Notes: generated by a model not told the origin, from the letters alone. A DNA stretch of 32,000 bases from Vulcanisaeta distributa DSM 14429 (GCF_000148385.1 NC_014537.1:1170001-1202000); one strand, 5' to 3'; positions 9,428-17,429 are shown, counted from the first letter of the stretch. Numbers and translations: made by a program.

Positions 9428-9869
9428 AGTTATCACTAAGTTTTAAGCTCTCCTTAATTAATACGTATAGTTCGTCCCAATGCTTATAGGCATTATCCTC
9501 TATGAAATAAACATCACCATACCTTAAACCAAGTCTCTTAACCAAGCCATTCTTCTCAAGCAATTCCAGGTGGTGCTTAACCGTCTTATAATCCATATTC
9601 AACTCCTTAGCAATTCTATTGATGTTTGTTGGCCTCTCCCTGAGCAACAGCAATATCTTAGACCTAATTGGTCCGCCCCTCGACTCAACAAGCAACCACC
9701 TAATTCGAGCATACATGGGACAGGTATGTATCATCTTATCAGTAACCCCATCATTACTTACATGATCTCTATCGTTGTTCATTATTGATGCATCATCATT
9801 CATTTCGCCCACTAGTAATGCTAGGAAGGGCATTATTAAGCTTTTAATGAGTTCACCAAGGGCTATCAT
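9414..9869 (-). CDS. ArsR/SmtB-type winged-helix transcriptional regulator
   Basis: IRSKILLLLRERPTNINRIAKELNMDYKTVKHHLELLEKNGLVKRL is a classic ArsR-type HTH. The hydrophobic and acidic N-terminal ~45 aa may be upstream of the true start (internal ATGs are present). The protein has only one Cys (HTCPMY). Confidence 0.75.
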   Translation of the reverse strand: MIALGELIKSLIMPFLALLVGEMNDDASIMNNDRDHVSNDGVTDKMIHTCPMYARIRWLLVESRGGPIRSKILLLLRERPTNINRIAKELNMDYKTVKHHLELLEKNGLVKRLGLRYGDVYFIEDNAYKHWDELYVLIKESLKLSDNSNPQ

Positions 9870-9954
9870 TAAACCTTATCAGTAATCAATTGGTTTAAAT
9901 ACTTAATTATATGCATATCAATATATTTATATTTATTTTTATTTAAAAGAATTC

Positions 9955-9968
9955 ATTTAAATTTAAAT
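9955..9968. repeat. Palindromic 14-mer ATTTAAATTTAAAT, copy 1
   Basis: This is an exact 14-nt match to 10668-10681. It is built from overlapping ATTTAAAT palindromes and lies upstream of the TATA box TTTATAAA (9976-9983). Confidence 0.5.
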
Positions 9969-10011
9969 AGAAACATTTATAAACATACGCACTTCATCTT
10001 GCTGACCAGGT

Positions 10012-10107
10012 ATGTGCATGCCAAGTCCATACATGACTAAGAAGAAGGATAAGGAGAATGTTAAGGCTGAGGATAGGAGCAAGCAGGAGACGCAGGTTAA
10101 GGAGTAA
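10012..10107 (+). CDS. Candidate small ORF (31 aa, Lys/Glu-rich): MCMPSPYMTKKKDKENVKAEDRSKQETQVKE
   Basis: The ATG lies 28 nt downstream of a good TATA box (TTTATAAA, 9976-9983), which is leaderless-type spacing. The ORF is below the ORF-track cutoff and I recognise no homology. Confidence 0.25.
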   Translation: MCMPSPYMTKKKDKENVKAEDRSKQETQVKE

Positions 10108-10215
10108 GTGCTACCTAAAAGTGATTACCGTACTTAAAATACTCACCTCTATATCTCCTACTGTGCAGAGACTGCATTGCCTCTCCGCTTTTAAAGGGAA
10201 TCCATGTAAGTCTAC

Positions 10216-10653
10216 GTGATGAAATTACTTATTTTAATCACCAACTCAACGTTGGATCGATTATTAACGTTAGGCACGATAACTCTTGGTGCAGTTAGTA
10301 TGGGTCATGAGGTTGCCATTTACGCCACGCAGTCTGCATCTTTTGCATTCCTTAGGAATTATGCAGATAAAATCGGTAATTATAACGGTGATTCTTCATT
10401 AGAAGTGTTAGTTAATGGTGTCGTTAATGGCTATAACAATGCCGTAATTAATGGTAAATTTTTCAAGTGGTATGAAATGATTAAGCAGGCCAAGGAGATT
10501 GGTAATGTGAGAGTTTACGTTTGTACCCAGCCCTTTGAGTTGGCAGGTATTAAGGTTAGTTTGGGTGATTTTCTTGATATAGTTGATGAATTGGTTATGA
10601 TTGGTAAATACATTGAGCTGCTTGAGTGGTGTGATAAGTCGGTCTCATTGTGA
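10216..10653 (+). CDS. DsrE/DsrF-like family sulfur-relay protein
   Basis: It is ~145 aa with a Rossmann-like start (KLLILITNS), which I read as typical of DsrE-family proteins, and a candidate active-site Cys in VRVYVCTQPFELAGI. A TATA-like TTTTAAAG is at 10189-10196, 20 nt upstream. A TusA gene lies next to it. Confidence 0.65.
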   Translation: MMKLLILITNSTLDRLLTLGTITLGAVSMGHEVAIYATQSASFAFLRNYADKIGNYNGDSSLEVLVNGVVNGYNNAVINGKFFKWYEMIKQAKEIGNVRVYVCTQPFELAGIKVSLGDFLDIVDELVMIGKYIELLEWCDKSVSL

Positions 10654-10667
10654 ATTTGAATAAATTT

Positions 10668-10681
10668 ATTTAAATTTAAAT
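10668..10681. repeat. Palindromic 14-mer ATTTAAATTTAAAT, copy 2
   Basis: This is an exact match to 9955-9968. It lies ~40 nt upstream of the tusA TATA box TATATAAA (10720-10727). Confidence 0.5.
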
Positions 10682-10749
10682 GAATACTGAACTGTGCAAA
10701 AACAGCACTGATTTAAGGCTATATAAAGCATTACGTTAGTTATAATGTC

Positions 10750-10995
10750 GTGAAATTCGAAAAGGTGAATAACAATAGGTATTTATTGGATGCCCGGGGT
10801 TATGCCTGTCCATACCCTCAAGTCTTTACGTTGAAGGCCATTAAGGAATTGAAGGAAGGTTCGATAATGGAGGTTCTCGTTGATAACCCAGCGAGTTGTG
10901 ACAATGTACCGGCGGCTGTTAGGAAGCTTGGTCATGAGGTTCTTGAAGTTAGGCAGGAGAGTAATTACTGGAGGATTATAATTAGGAAGCGGTGA
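10750..10995 (+). CDS. tusA: TusA/SirA-family sulfurtransferase
   Basis: It has the CPxP active-site motif in LDARGYACPYPQV within an ~80-aa two-layer alpha/beta-sized protein. The start is GTG, with TATATAAA 22 nt upstream. Confidence 0.85.
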   Translation: MKFEKVNNNRYLLDARGYACPYPQVFTLKAIKELKEGSIMEVLVDNPASCDNVPAAVRKLGHEVLEVRQESNYWRIIIRKR

Positions 10996-12737
10996 TGGAG
11001 ATGAGGGATGATAGGATAAGGGTGTTTAGGGAGAGACTAGATAAGTACCTGGATCTTGGGATTAACCTATTGTCCCTTGCCATTGGCTGTTCAGTTAAGG
11101 TTGACCTATACGATACGTTATACCCAGCCCTCTCACTCGTTAACAATGAAATAGCTAAGTTAAACATAGAGATACAGCCTAGAGAGGACGTAGCCGTGTT
11201 AAGGAGTAACGGTGATTACTCACTGGTTAGGAGGATATATGATATAACTGGTAATGGTGTAAATAAGGATGAATTAGTTAGTATTAATCCATCAGTGGCA
11301 TTGCTGTTACTGCAGGTTCACCAGTCACGTGCATCATCGCCGAGGGAATTTGCAAGTTCAATAATAAGCCTATATAGGAGGTTGGGTAGTTCGCCTGTTA
11401 GGGTTAGGATTGGTAAGGGTCACTCTATAGTCTCGACTAAGGAGAAGGCTGAGTTTGCCCTCATCGATTTCATAAGTACGAAGAGTGGTGATGGGTACTT
11501 ATTGGCTAATAATGATACGATACAGATAATTGACCCGACGGAGGACCCAGGTAGTTATAGGCAGGTGGCTACCGCAGTAAGTAATGCGTTGAATGACCTA
11601 TTCATAAAGGGCGTGTATAGGGATATAACGATATACCCAGTCTATGATGCGCCAATTGAGGATTTAAAGGAGAAATTAATGAAGAATTTTAGGGAATTTA
11701 GCAGTAAGTGGGACCTTCAATTAAGTACTGATGTGCAACAGCCAAGGGTTAATTACCTATTGATGGGCGCCACCGTGGTTGGTACATTAGATAGGGAACC
11801 ACCAATGTTCTACGACAACATTAAGGCCGGCTTTAAGATACTTATTACTAGGCCCTTTGGTGAGCTTTCCATAATATCTACGTATTTAACGGCTCATGTT
11901 GATGAGTCAATAATGGATGAGCTTGAACGTAACGTGATGAGTATTGAGGATCTTGAGAAATTGAAGATAAAAATAATGGACATACTCTCAAGACCTAACA
12001 TCGAGATAGCCAGAGTAATAAGTAAGTACCTACCTGAGATAGGTGAGGCGTTTAGGGAGGATGAGCATATAGCAGCCACAATAGATGTATCAGGACCCGG
12101 CATATTTGTATTCAAGGAGCTGGCCGAGCAGGCCAATGTCGATGTTGCACTATACAATATACCATTGATATCGCCTGAGGTTGCGAGATTCGCCGCTGAG
12201 CACTACATAATTACAGATGCCACAGCAGGTACTAATGGGGCTATAGCAATTGTGGCTAGTAAGGATGTTATTGACTCGATTGTCAGGGATTTAAGGGGTA
12301 TTGAGGATGTTCAGCCCATGGTGATTGGTGAGGTAATGGGTAAGGGGTCTGGCAGGTTATTCGTGCCTGATTACGTAACGAGGTACATAACGAGTAAATC
12401 ATTATTGATGAAGCTCACTATGAACATTGATGTATTAAGAAGCCTAAGGAGACAGCAGGTTAAGTGTGAAAAGGTGAGGGTTGAGGCGAGGGTATTCGGT
12501 AATGTGCAGGGTGTTGGTTTTAGACCAACACTACGTAGGCAAGCCCTATCCCTTGGATTAACTGGGTATGTGAGGAACCTTCCAGATGGTTCGGTTGAGG
12601 TGGTCGCTGAGGGATGTAAGGAGGATGTAATGGCTCTCATTGAGTGGATTAGGTCAAGCCCCGTTGGTTCTGTTGAGACTATAAATTACGTCATTAAGCA
12701 ATACTTTGGTGAGTTTGAGGATTTCGAAATAAGGTAA
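10992..12737 (+). CDS. SelD-like PurM-superfamily ATP-utilising enzyme fused to a C-terminal acylphosphatase domain
   Basis: The N-terminal loop AIGCSVKVD parallels the SelD GAGCGCKIS loop (Cys, then Lys three residues later). The PurM/SelD Asp/Asn motifs are present: EDVAVL, IIDPTEDP, NALNDLFIKG, IDVSGPG and TNGAIAIV. The C-terminal 90 aa carry both acylphosphatase signatures (VFGNVQGVGFR; GYVRNLPDGSVEVVAEG). The start (GTG 10992 or ATG 10995) overlaps the tusA stop (TGATG). Confidence 0.75.
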   Translation: MMEMRDDRIRVFRERLDKYLDLGINLLSLAIGCSVKVDLYDTLYPALSLVNNEIAKLNIEIQPREDVAVLRSNGDYSLVRRIYDITGNGVNKDELVSINPSVALLLLQVHQSRASSPREFASSIISLYRRLGSSPVRVRIGKGHSIVSTKEKAEFALIDFISTKSGDGYLLANNDTIQIIDPTEDPGSYRQVATAVSNALNDLFIKGVYRDITIYPVYDAPIEDLKEKLMKNFREFSSKWDLQLSTDVQQPRVNYLLMGATVVGTLDREPPMFYDNIKAGFKILITRPFGELSIISTYLTAHVDESIMDELERNVMSIEDLEKLKIKIMDILSRPNIEIARVISKYLPEIGEAFREDEHIAATIDVSGPGIFVFKELAEQANVDVALYNIPLISPEVARFAAEHYIITDATAGTNGAIAIVASKDVIDSIVRDLRGIEDVQPMVIGEVMGKGSGRLFVPDYVTRYITSKSLLMKLTMNIDVLRSLRRQQVKCEKVRVEARVFGNVQGVGFRPTLRRQALSLGLTGYVRNLPDGSVEVVAEGCKEDVMALIEWIRSSPVGSVETINYVIKQYFGEFEDFEIR

Positions 12738-12847
12738 TCAGTTCGATGATTAATATGCATGATCCATACCTTATAAACCCATCGACTCAGTTAATAATCA
12801 GTACATGTAATAAGTATTTTAATATGTATGTATGATATTAATTAGGT

Positions 12848-13096
12848 GTGGTTGATATGAGTAATGTCATTGATGTTAGGGGTCTTCAATGCCCAACACC
12901 AGTTACAATTGTCGCTAATGCGGTGGATAAGGCTGAGGCAGGGTCGACGCTTACGGTAATAACGGACGACTTCATATGCTTCATGATGATACAGAGGATA
13001 TTGAAGATTCTCAATGTGGAGATTAGGGAGGCTGTGCAGTTGGATGATGGTAATTATAGAATAGTCGTCATTAAGTCTCCTAAAGGTACTCAATAA
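12848..13096 (+). CDS. tusA: Second TusA/SirA-family sulfurtransferase
   Basis: It has the CPxP motif in DVRGLQCPTPVT. The likely true start is ATG 12857, preceded by GGTG. Confidence 0.8.
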   Translation: MVDMSNVIDVRGLQCPTPVTIVANAVDKAEAGSTLTVITDDFICFMMIQRILKILNVEIREAVQLDDGNYRIVVIKSPKGTQ

Positions 13097-13145
13097 CTTA
13101 TAATGGCATTATTTTTAATCTCTCAGTAATAAGTACGTATATTCA

Positions 13146-13964
13146 ATGCCGACAGTAGCCTTTAAGGTGTTTTATGATGGATCATTATTTAGTGGATTTA
13201 CAGGTAGTACTAACTCCATTGAGTATTACCTGAGGAGGGCCATTAGGTATTTCATTAAAGACTTTAAGCTAAGCAAGGCCTCGAGGACAGACCCAGGGGT
13301 TAGCGCTATTGGTAATGTAGTCTCGATAAATTACATTGACAGTATTAGATTAGTACCTGGCATGTTGAATTCCAGGTTACCAAATGGAATTAGGGCATGG
13401 GCATGGGCTGAGGTTGACGAAGGTTTTCGTGCAAGGGCCGCGGTGTCTAGGACCTATGTTTATGTAATGCCCTGGCTTTATGAGGATATTGATTTAATGA
13501 GGAGTGCAGCGAAATTGTTTGTGGGTGTTCATGATCTATCGAATTTTCAGGTTAAGGAGAAGGGTGTGCCGACCACGGTGATGATAAATAACGTTAATAT
13601 TGAAAGGTTTGGCGATTACCTGGTCTTTATAGTCATTGGTCGCGGGTTCAGGAATAAGATGATTAGGAAGATTGTCAATGCACTTAGGATGGTTGGTTCT
13701 GGAATATTGACTATTGATGAGTTACGGGACTTAATAGAGTTGAGGATTAGAAAGCCAATACCACCTGCACCACCCTACGGATTATTACTGCTTAATGTGA
13801 ATTACGGCGATAGGGAGCCAAACTGGGTATTAAGTGTTGATGATATTTCCTACGTAATTAACTACTTAGTAAATAGGTGGTATAATTCACTATCTAATTC
13901 CTTTATTATTTCAAAAATTCTTCATGATTTTATGGATATAAATAAATTATTTAGTCGTATTTAA
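13146..13964 (+). CDS. truA: tRNA pseudouridine synthase A (TruA/Pus family)
   Basis: It has an FKVFYDGSLFSGF-type N-terminus and the catalytic motif SRTDPGVSAIGNVVS (compare RTDxGVHA). The length is typical of archaeal TruA. Confidence 0.85.
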   Translation: MPTVAFKVFYDGSLFSGFTGSTNSIEYYLRRAIRYFIKDFKLSKASRTDPGVSAIGNVVSINYIDSIRLVPGMLNSRLPNGIRAWAWAEVDEGFRARAAVSRTYVYVMPWLYEDIDLMRSAAKLFVGVHDLSNFQVKEKGVPTTVMINNVNIERFGDYLVFIVIGRGFRNKMIRKIVNALRMVGSGILTIDELRDLIELRIRKPIPPAPPYGLLLLNVNYGDREPNWVLSVDDISYVINYLVNRWYNSLSNSFIISKILHDFMDINKLFSRI

Positions 13965-14022
13965 ACATAACATGGACCAAATGTTTAAATAATAAATAAA
14001 ATAATATGCATACGGGAGTTTT

Positions 14023-14709
14023 GTGGCATATTTCGACATCGACATAGCCTGCAGGGAAGGGTTTGGTGAACGTAAGTTAGTCTCAATGATTCAACAACGG
14101 ATTAACTCCCTGCCCTGGGACTTAGATCTTAATGAGCAGGATTTTCTAACGGGCTATGCCTACCAGGATTTGAGATATTACTTATTATATAAGTTTGGAT
14201 TGCTTAATTTGAGTAATAATGATGCATCATATGAGTTATGTAAAAGGATTTTGAGGAACGAGGAACAGGTGACGAAAATAGTTGATGAATGGTTTAATTG
14301 GTGGGTTATTAAGTGGAGACAGAGGGTTAAACTTGTCTTTAGTGAGAATGAGCAGTTGAATAATGAGAACAATAATAACGCTAATCCTCAGTCTAATGCT
14401 GACGAATTACTTAAGAGTATTCCTAAGAATCTAGTTGATAAGTTACGTAGAGAGATAATCGTGGAATTAATAAGGCAGAACGAGGTTTGTAGCCTTGATG
14501 TGGTTTCAGACTTCATATTAAGGACCACACTTAGTGAGTTGATTAATGAGTATGGTAAGGATGGCACGTTGAAATTAATATCGACAAATATCACGAGCAT
14601 ACGCTTAAGGCTACTAAAGAAAATAATGGAAATAAGAGATTCCAATCAGCCACTCGTGATTCTCAGGGTTAGAATCAGCCCATCGCAGACATACCAAGGA
14701 ATCTCGTAA
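14023..14709 (+). CDS. Hypothetical protein with an Asn-rich low-complexity linker
   Basis: The 228-aa ORF starts with GTG. It has two helical-looking halves joined by NNENNNNANPQSNA. The next gene (radical SAM) starts 5 nt later. I recognise no motif. Confidence 0.5.
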   Translation: MAYFDIDIACREGFGERKLVSMIQQRINSLPWDLDLNEQDFLTGYAYQDLRYYLLYKFGLLNLSNNDASYELCKRILRNEEQVTKIVDEWFNWWVIKWRQRVKLVFSENEQLNNENNNNANPQSNADELLKSIPKNLVDKLRREIIVELIRQNEVCSLDVVSDFILRTTLSELINEYGKDGTLKLISTNITSIRLRLLKKIMEIRDSNQPLVILRVRISPSQTYQGIS

Positions 14710-14714
14710 CACCA

Positions 14715-16259
14715 ATGAACGCATACCAAAAATCTTACAGGAAAGGAATGATTAAGGTAGCCATTGCTTACCCATCAAATGCCAGAGTAGCCCTTCAATC
14801 ACTATCAATACACATAATCAGGAAACTATTAAATGAGCATTCAAACGTGTATTCAGACTTCGTATTTATAGGCGATGACGGTAAATCCCTAACTAAATCA
14901 CTTAGGGATTTCGACATAGTGATATTTTCAGTGCATTATGAACTTGATTACCCACGTATACTAAAGATGATGGAGTTAAGCGGTATAAACCCATATAATT
15001 CCCAAAGGAGTATTGATGATCCATTAATTGTGTTAGGTGGACCAACATTAATGGCAAATCCTGAGCCAATGGCGCCGTTTGCTGACATAATGCTCATTGG
15101 CGATGCTGAGGTGCTAATTCCTCAACTTATTAGTCATTATATGGAGTATGGTAAGAATATTGATAGTTATATTGGTCCAATGGGCTTTTACGTGCCAAGC
15201 ATTGGCAGGCATACCGTAACCAAGGCATTCGTAAAGGATCTTTCATACTCAATTAGGTTAATTCATGATACGGCAATCGAGTTAGGCCTGGGTAATGTTA
15301 AGTCAATATTTAGTAATCCGGCGGTTCTCGAGGTTATGAGAGGCTGTCCGAGAGGGTGCTTGTTCTGTATGGAGGGCTTTGTTAGTAGGCCTGTTAGGTT
15401 TGCTGATATTACTTCTATTAAGGGATTGATACTTAGGGATTTGGGTAGGAACGGAATAATTAATGGTGTATCCTTAATAGGTCTCTCCGTGACTGATCAT
15501 CCAGGTTTTAAGGAATTAATGAACTTTCTAGTAAATGAGTTAAAGCTTAACGTTTCTGTTCCTTCCCTACGAGTTGACACATTAGACAGGGACATTATTA
15601 GGTTAATTGCGAAGGGTGGTCAAAGGGTTCTCACAATAGCCCCTGAATCGAGTGAAAGGTTGAGGAAGGCATTGGGTAAGGGGTTTTCGGACGATGACGT
15701 TGTTAAGATAGCTATGGACGCAGTAAGTGTGGGTATTGATCATCTAAAGCTTTACTTCATGGTTGGATTACCAGGTGAAGGCGATGAGGACATAAAATCA
15801 ATAGTTAATCTCTTAACGAGACTTAGGAGGTTAGGCATTAAGCATTCACTTTCAGTTAATCCATGGATACCAAAGCCACATACCCCACTACAATGGTTAC
15901 CAATGGCTGATGATAAGGTCATTAACGATAGAATTAAAACTCTAAGGGATGCACGAACATATGATGAGTTTTCAACATACAATGTGCTTGACGCCAAGGT
16001 TCAGGCATTGCTAGCGCTTGGTGATAGGGACGTTGGCAACTTAATATTTGAGGCATCATTAACGAACCTTGATAGGGGCTCCTGGAGAAGATTACTTAGG
16101 AAGTACGAGAACTTACTTAATAAGTACGTGTACTCATGGAAACCACTTAATGGTGAATTACCCTGGAGCCACATAAAAATTCCAGGTGCTGAGGAGGAAA
16201 ATCTTAAATCATTATTATTTAAGTACGTTAACGAAGTTGGCATTAATCTTCCTACTTAA
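14715..16259 (+). CDS. Radical SAM enzyme with an N-terminal B12-binding-like (flavodoxin-like) domain
   Basis: The CxxxCxxC cluster is in VMRGCPRGCLFCMEG. The N-terminal region (VAIAYPSN...FDIVIFSVHYE...LVLGGP) is typical of the B12-binding-like domain found in class-B-like radical SAM proteins. Confidence 0.85.
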   Translation: MNAYQKSYRKGMIKVAIAYPSNARVALQSLSIHIIRKLLNEHSNVYSDFVFIGDDGKSLTKSLRDFDIVIFSVHYELDYPRILKMMELSGINPYNSQRSIDDPLIVLGGPTLMANPEPMAPFADIMLIGDAEVLIPQLISHYMEYGKNIDSYIGPMGFYVPSIGRHTVTKAFVKDLSYSIRLIHDTAIELGLGNVKSIFSNPAVLEVMRGCPRGCLFCMEGFVSRPVRFADITSIKGLILRDLGRNGIINGVSLIGLSVTDHPGFKELMNFLVNELKLNVSVPSLRVDTLDRDIIRLIAKGGQRVLTIAPESSERLRKALGKGFSDDDVVKIAMDAVSVGIDHLKLYFMVGLPGEGDEDIKSIVNLLTRLRRLGIKHSLSVNPWIPKPHTPLQWLPMADDKVINDRIKTLRDARTYDEFSTYNVLDAKVQALLALGDRDVGNLIFEASLTNLDRGSWRRLLRKYENLLNKYVYSWKPLNGELPWSHIKIPGAEEENLKSLLFKYVNEVGINLPT

Positions 16260-16748
16260 ACTTATGGATTCATAGAATTATTGCACTTTTGATCTTCCTC
16301 AAATGATACCTGTATGTCATACCTATACGGATCTTACCCTATATCACGCTATTCAAATGGGCTTTAAGACCAAAAGGGTAGGTTCTTCAGTAATCTCAAG
16401 GCCATTAATTTCATTTATAGCGTTAATGGTTACATTATTTATTGTTCTAATTTCTTCATATCACCATTAATACCTAAGGTAGTATAGTGACCACATGCTT
16501 ACGCTACCCAATCATTAACGAGAACTTCTCAATGATGCTGATTTAGAATTTTAATATTCAGTAAACTCGTATCCTTAACTTGATGTGTGCTTAACGAATT
16601 TTCAACTTTGTTAAGGGAGGCTGAATGATGAAGAATTAACAATAATTATGAATCAGACATATACGTACTGGGCTTCCTGGATTAGGTGTACCGTATAACC
16701 TATTAATTTATTTAAATAGTTGTTAAGTTGTTTGGAGGGTTGAGAGAA

Positions 16749-17429
16749 ATGAGTAGACGTAGATTTGAGGTGGCGCCATTGAGTATTTATGGGACATCAA
16801 CAATAGGTGTTTATATATTTACAAATAATACCCTGACAATAGTGCCGATGGATGTCCCCGATAAGGTCGTTAATTCAATAAGGGATACACTTGGTACGAG
16901 TGTTCTTAAGGCATCACTTGCTAAGTCGCCGTTAATAGGCATTTTCATGGTTGGTAATGATAATGGGGTGTTGGTGCCGAGCATAGTTACTGAGGATGAG
17001 GTAAATGAATTGAAAAAGAATGGCCTTAACGTGTCGATAATACGCACAAGATACACAGCCATTGCCAACTTAATACTGACGAATAATAGGAAGACCATAG
17101 TATCACCAATAATTGAGAAGGAGTACGTAGGGTTGATAAGGGATACATTAGGCACGGAGGTAATCGTAGACGAGGTTTGCGGTACTTACCTGGTGGGCTC
17201 AATTGCGGTGGCTAATGATAAGGGCGTCTTACTAAGCCCTGAGGCTAAGGATGAGGATGTGAGGAAGGTAAAGGATTACTTCGGGTTAACCGTAAATGTG
17301 GGCACGGTTAATAGAGGTAGGAGTTTCCTCAGGGGTGGGCTTGTGGTTAATAATAATGGTGGCTTAGTGGGTAGTGACACCACTGGTTTCGAAATAGTGA
17401 GGATAATGCAGGTATTCGGTGGTGTGTAG
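16749..17429 (+). CDS. eif6: Translation initiation factor 6 (aIF6)
   Basis: The sequence shows pentein-repeat character (YGTSTIGVYIFTNNTLTIVP, SPLIGIFMVGNDNGVLVP, AIANLILTNNRKTIVSP, YLVGSIAVANDKGVLLSP). I prefer the ATG at 16749 over the TTG at 16728 given in the ORF track. Confidence 0.9.
   Translation: MSRRRFEVAPLSIYGTSTIGVYIFTNNTLTIVPMDVPDKVVNSIRDTLGTSVLKASLAKSPLIGIFMVGNDNGVLVPSIVTEDEVNELKKNGLNVSIIRTRYTAIANLILTNNRKTIVSPIIEKEYVGLIRDTLGTEVIVDEVCGTYLVGSIAVANDKGVLLSPEAKDEDVRKVKDYFGLTVNVGTVNRGRSFLRGGLVVNNNGGLVGSDTTGFEIVRIMQVFGGV

Noticed and set aside
12842-13093. An 83-aa minus-strand ORF mirrors the second TusA gene.
   Set aside because: The plus-strand product carries the diagnostic TusA CPxP motif and has the right length. 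The minus-strand product has no features.
16525-16665. ATGATGC...CTGA and CTGAATGATGA motifs resemble C/D boxes.
   Set aside because: The box order and the 12-nt guide spacing are not satisfied on either strand.
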